A DNA stretch of 64,000 nt. Origin: Podarcis liolepis. Lineage: Eukaryota. The DNA is taken from assembly GCA_965112155.1 (NCBI GenBank), contig OZ218101.1. One strand, given 5' to 3'. The position numbers and the translations under genes are program-made. The notes beneath the pieces were generated by a model that saw nothing but the letters and a program-made list of their open reading frames with translations, did not search any database and was not told where the DNA came from. This document shows, piece by piece, positions 62,056 to 64,000 of the stretch (the stretch's first letter is position 1; every line of letters starts with the position of its first letter).

Positions 62056-64000
62056 ACAACAGCATAAGAACTCTGCTGGTCAAAAATGGTTTGGAACAAC
62101 CAAGTTTTTTTAAGATCTCCAAGTTGCCTCCATGTATTATGTATTTTATTTTATCCTTGCCATGTGTAATCTATTTCTTAGTTGAGGTGGTGGGTGGTGA
62201 GTTTTCAACCCAGTAAGTGTCCAAAATATTACCTGCCACTTTTCCTTCTTTTGGAATTATCTCACCAGGATAGTTTTAATTCCCCCATAGTTCAGTGTTT
62301 ATATTGAATCAGAAGCATCATGTGAACACAGGCATCATGTCAATAACTGATAGGAAGCTTTGCCTCCAGGAGGGCTGACTGTGTACACTGCTACTTTCCA
62401 GTTATCAAGCAGCAATAAAAGAAGTGTGTGTGTGTGTGTGTGTTTGTATGAAAGCATGAAGTCACAAGAAGACAGCACCAGAATGACAAGAAAGTATGAA
62501 GACAGATGGAAACAAATGAGCAACCTTCCAAAACTTTCTGTTTTATTGGGTCTACATTTCTTCCATCTTGCACAGACACCACCACCATCATCATTCCCAT
62601 CATATGTCGAGGTGAGCTGACAAAACAAAGTTTGCAGCTCAGTCTTATGCACATTTACTTAGTAGTAAATCACTGATACTTAATCTTAAGGAAACGTGTA
62701 TAGCATTGCAGGCTTCATCTTCACCTAATGCATTGTTAATAATTATTAGCAATCCTATCATTCTAAAATGTTCCAGTAAAATATCCTTGGGGCATTTTCA
62801 CAAATGACAGCAGGAACACCTTTTAGTCTCCCCAACGAGTTGCTTCTGAATGCTGTTAATGAGCTACAAAAAAATGAAGCACAGCCATTACCATTTCAAA
62901 AATCAGATCTGTGTTCTGGCCAATATGATTTTCATTTAATTTACAAATGTAGGAAAATGAAATAGCACCCTTACAGTGCAAGCTTGTACATGACTGCTCA
63001 AAAGCAAGTGCCGTTTTCCGTGGGCTTACTCCTCAGATAAGTGTGTACAGAGTCACAGTCCGAGTTTCACAGCTCTTGCCCCTAGATAAATGTTAAAAAT
63101 GAGCATAGCAGATAAAAGAAATGGCTTGTGCAAGCAAGGTCAGCTCCTCCTGTCCACCTCGAGCCTGGGATATATGGAATATTTGCACTTTAGCAAGTGC
63201 AGGAAGCATCCTCTAACTTCCAAAAGGAGGAAGGCCTCTCCCTCAGTCTCATAATATGGGTTCCTTTAGTCCTTTTAAGAAAATATATGAATGCCTATAG
63301 AGAGTGGGCAGGATAGCACATCCTGGTGCAGAGCCTATGCATGCACAATTCCCCATACTATCATACAATCCTGAAATGACAGCATGGAGAAAACTTTACA
63401 TATATAGAGAGCTATATGCATATGGGCTCATAACTTTCAGCTGAATGTGCACAGGTCAAGGGCTGGGTTTGCCGCTATTCTCCTGCTCCTGTCTGCACAC
63501 CTGTGAACTGTGAAAAGCCTCCCTCTTTATCCTTCATTTCAGCCAGGCCTTCTTTCAGTGTGCAACTCACATTTTCACCTGAAGAAACTCAGGTGACTAC
63601 CAGTACTTTAAACTGTGTCTCCTTTACGAGTGCTTCGACATTTCCTACCCTTTTTCCGCCTTCCATTGTCCAGTGCCTTTTCCTGTTCCCCTTGTTATCT
63701 TGACCTACAGTTCCCCTTACAGCCTTCAGTTTAAGTGATGTGTTGAAGCACGAAAGAAAAGCTGGTCTAACCCATTACACAAATATGGGTGCTACAAATT
63801 ACTGCAAAGTTTTGGTGCAATTAGCAATTTCCCTTCCATAGAATCCTAGAACTGAGATCGCGAGTGGCACTGATGATCAAAACAAACATATATTTACAGA
63901 GCTTGTGTCAGATTATACAGCACCTGTCTTTTACATCTGTCTCGAAGAGAAGTGATTTAATCTGTTGTTTTAATGAGCACTCAATGCATTTTTTTTAAAA

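Overview
A repeat-rich, eukaryotic non-coding window. Sauria SINEs, Bov-B, CR1, L2, L1 and squamate MITEs point to a squamate reptile, probably a lacertid lizard (inference). I could not identify any host protein-coding exon, so this looks like intergenic or deep-intronic DNA. The standout content is two different Penelope-like retroelement (PLE) families, both carrying minimal hammerhead-ribozyme motifs and both forming head-to-head palindromes. (1) A 4.37-kb near-perfect palindrome at 55431-59800 has two 2178-bp arms and a 14-bp spacer. Each arm has an open RT + GIY-YIG frame (Penelope/Poseidon type), and the whole element sits in an (AT)n microsatellite. (2) A ~220-bp Neptune-type insertion at 34663-34884 consists almost entirely of two inverted hammerhead-bearing termini and has a 14-bp TSD. 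A third, linear Neptune-type copy lies at 54999-55342. In both palindromes only one arm carries an extra 30-35-nt 3' tail, and that tail can base-pair with upstream terminal sequence. Also notable are a non-autonomous hAT element (1652-2487) enclosing a CpG-island/promoter-like segment and a 5'-inverted Bov-B insertion with a later tandem duplication. Many TSD-bounded insertions are annotated to the base.
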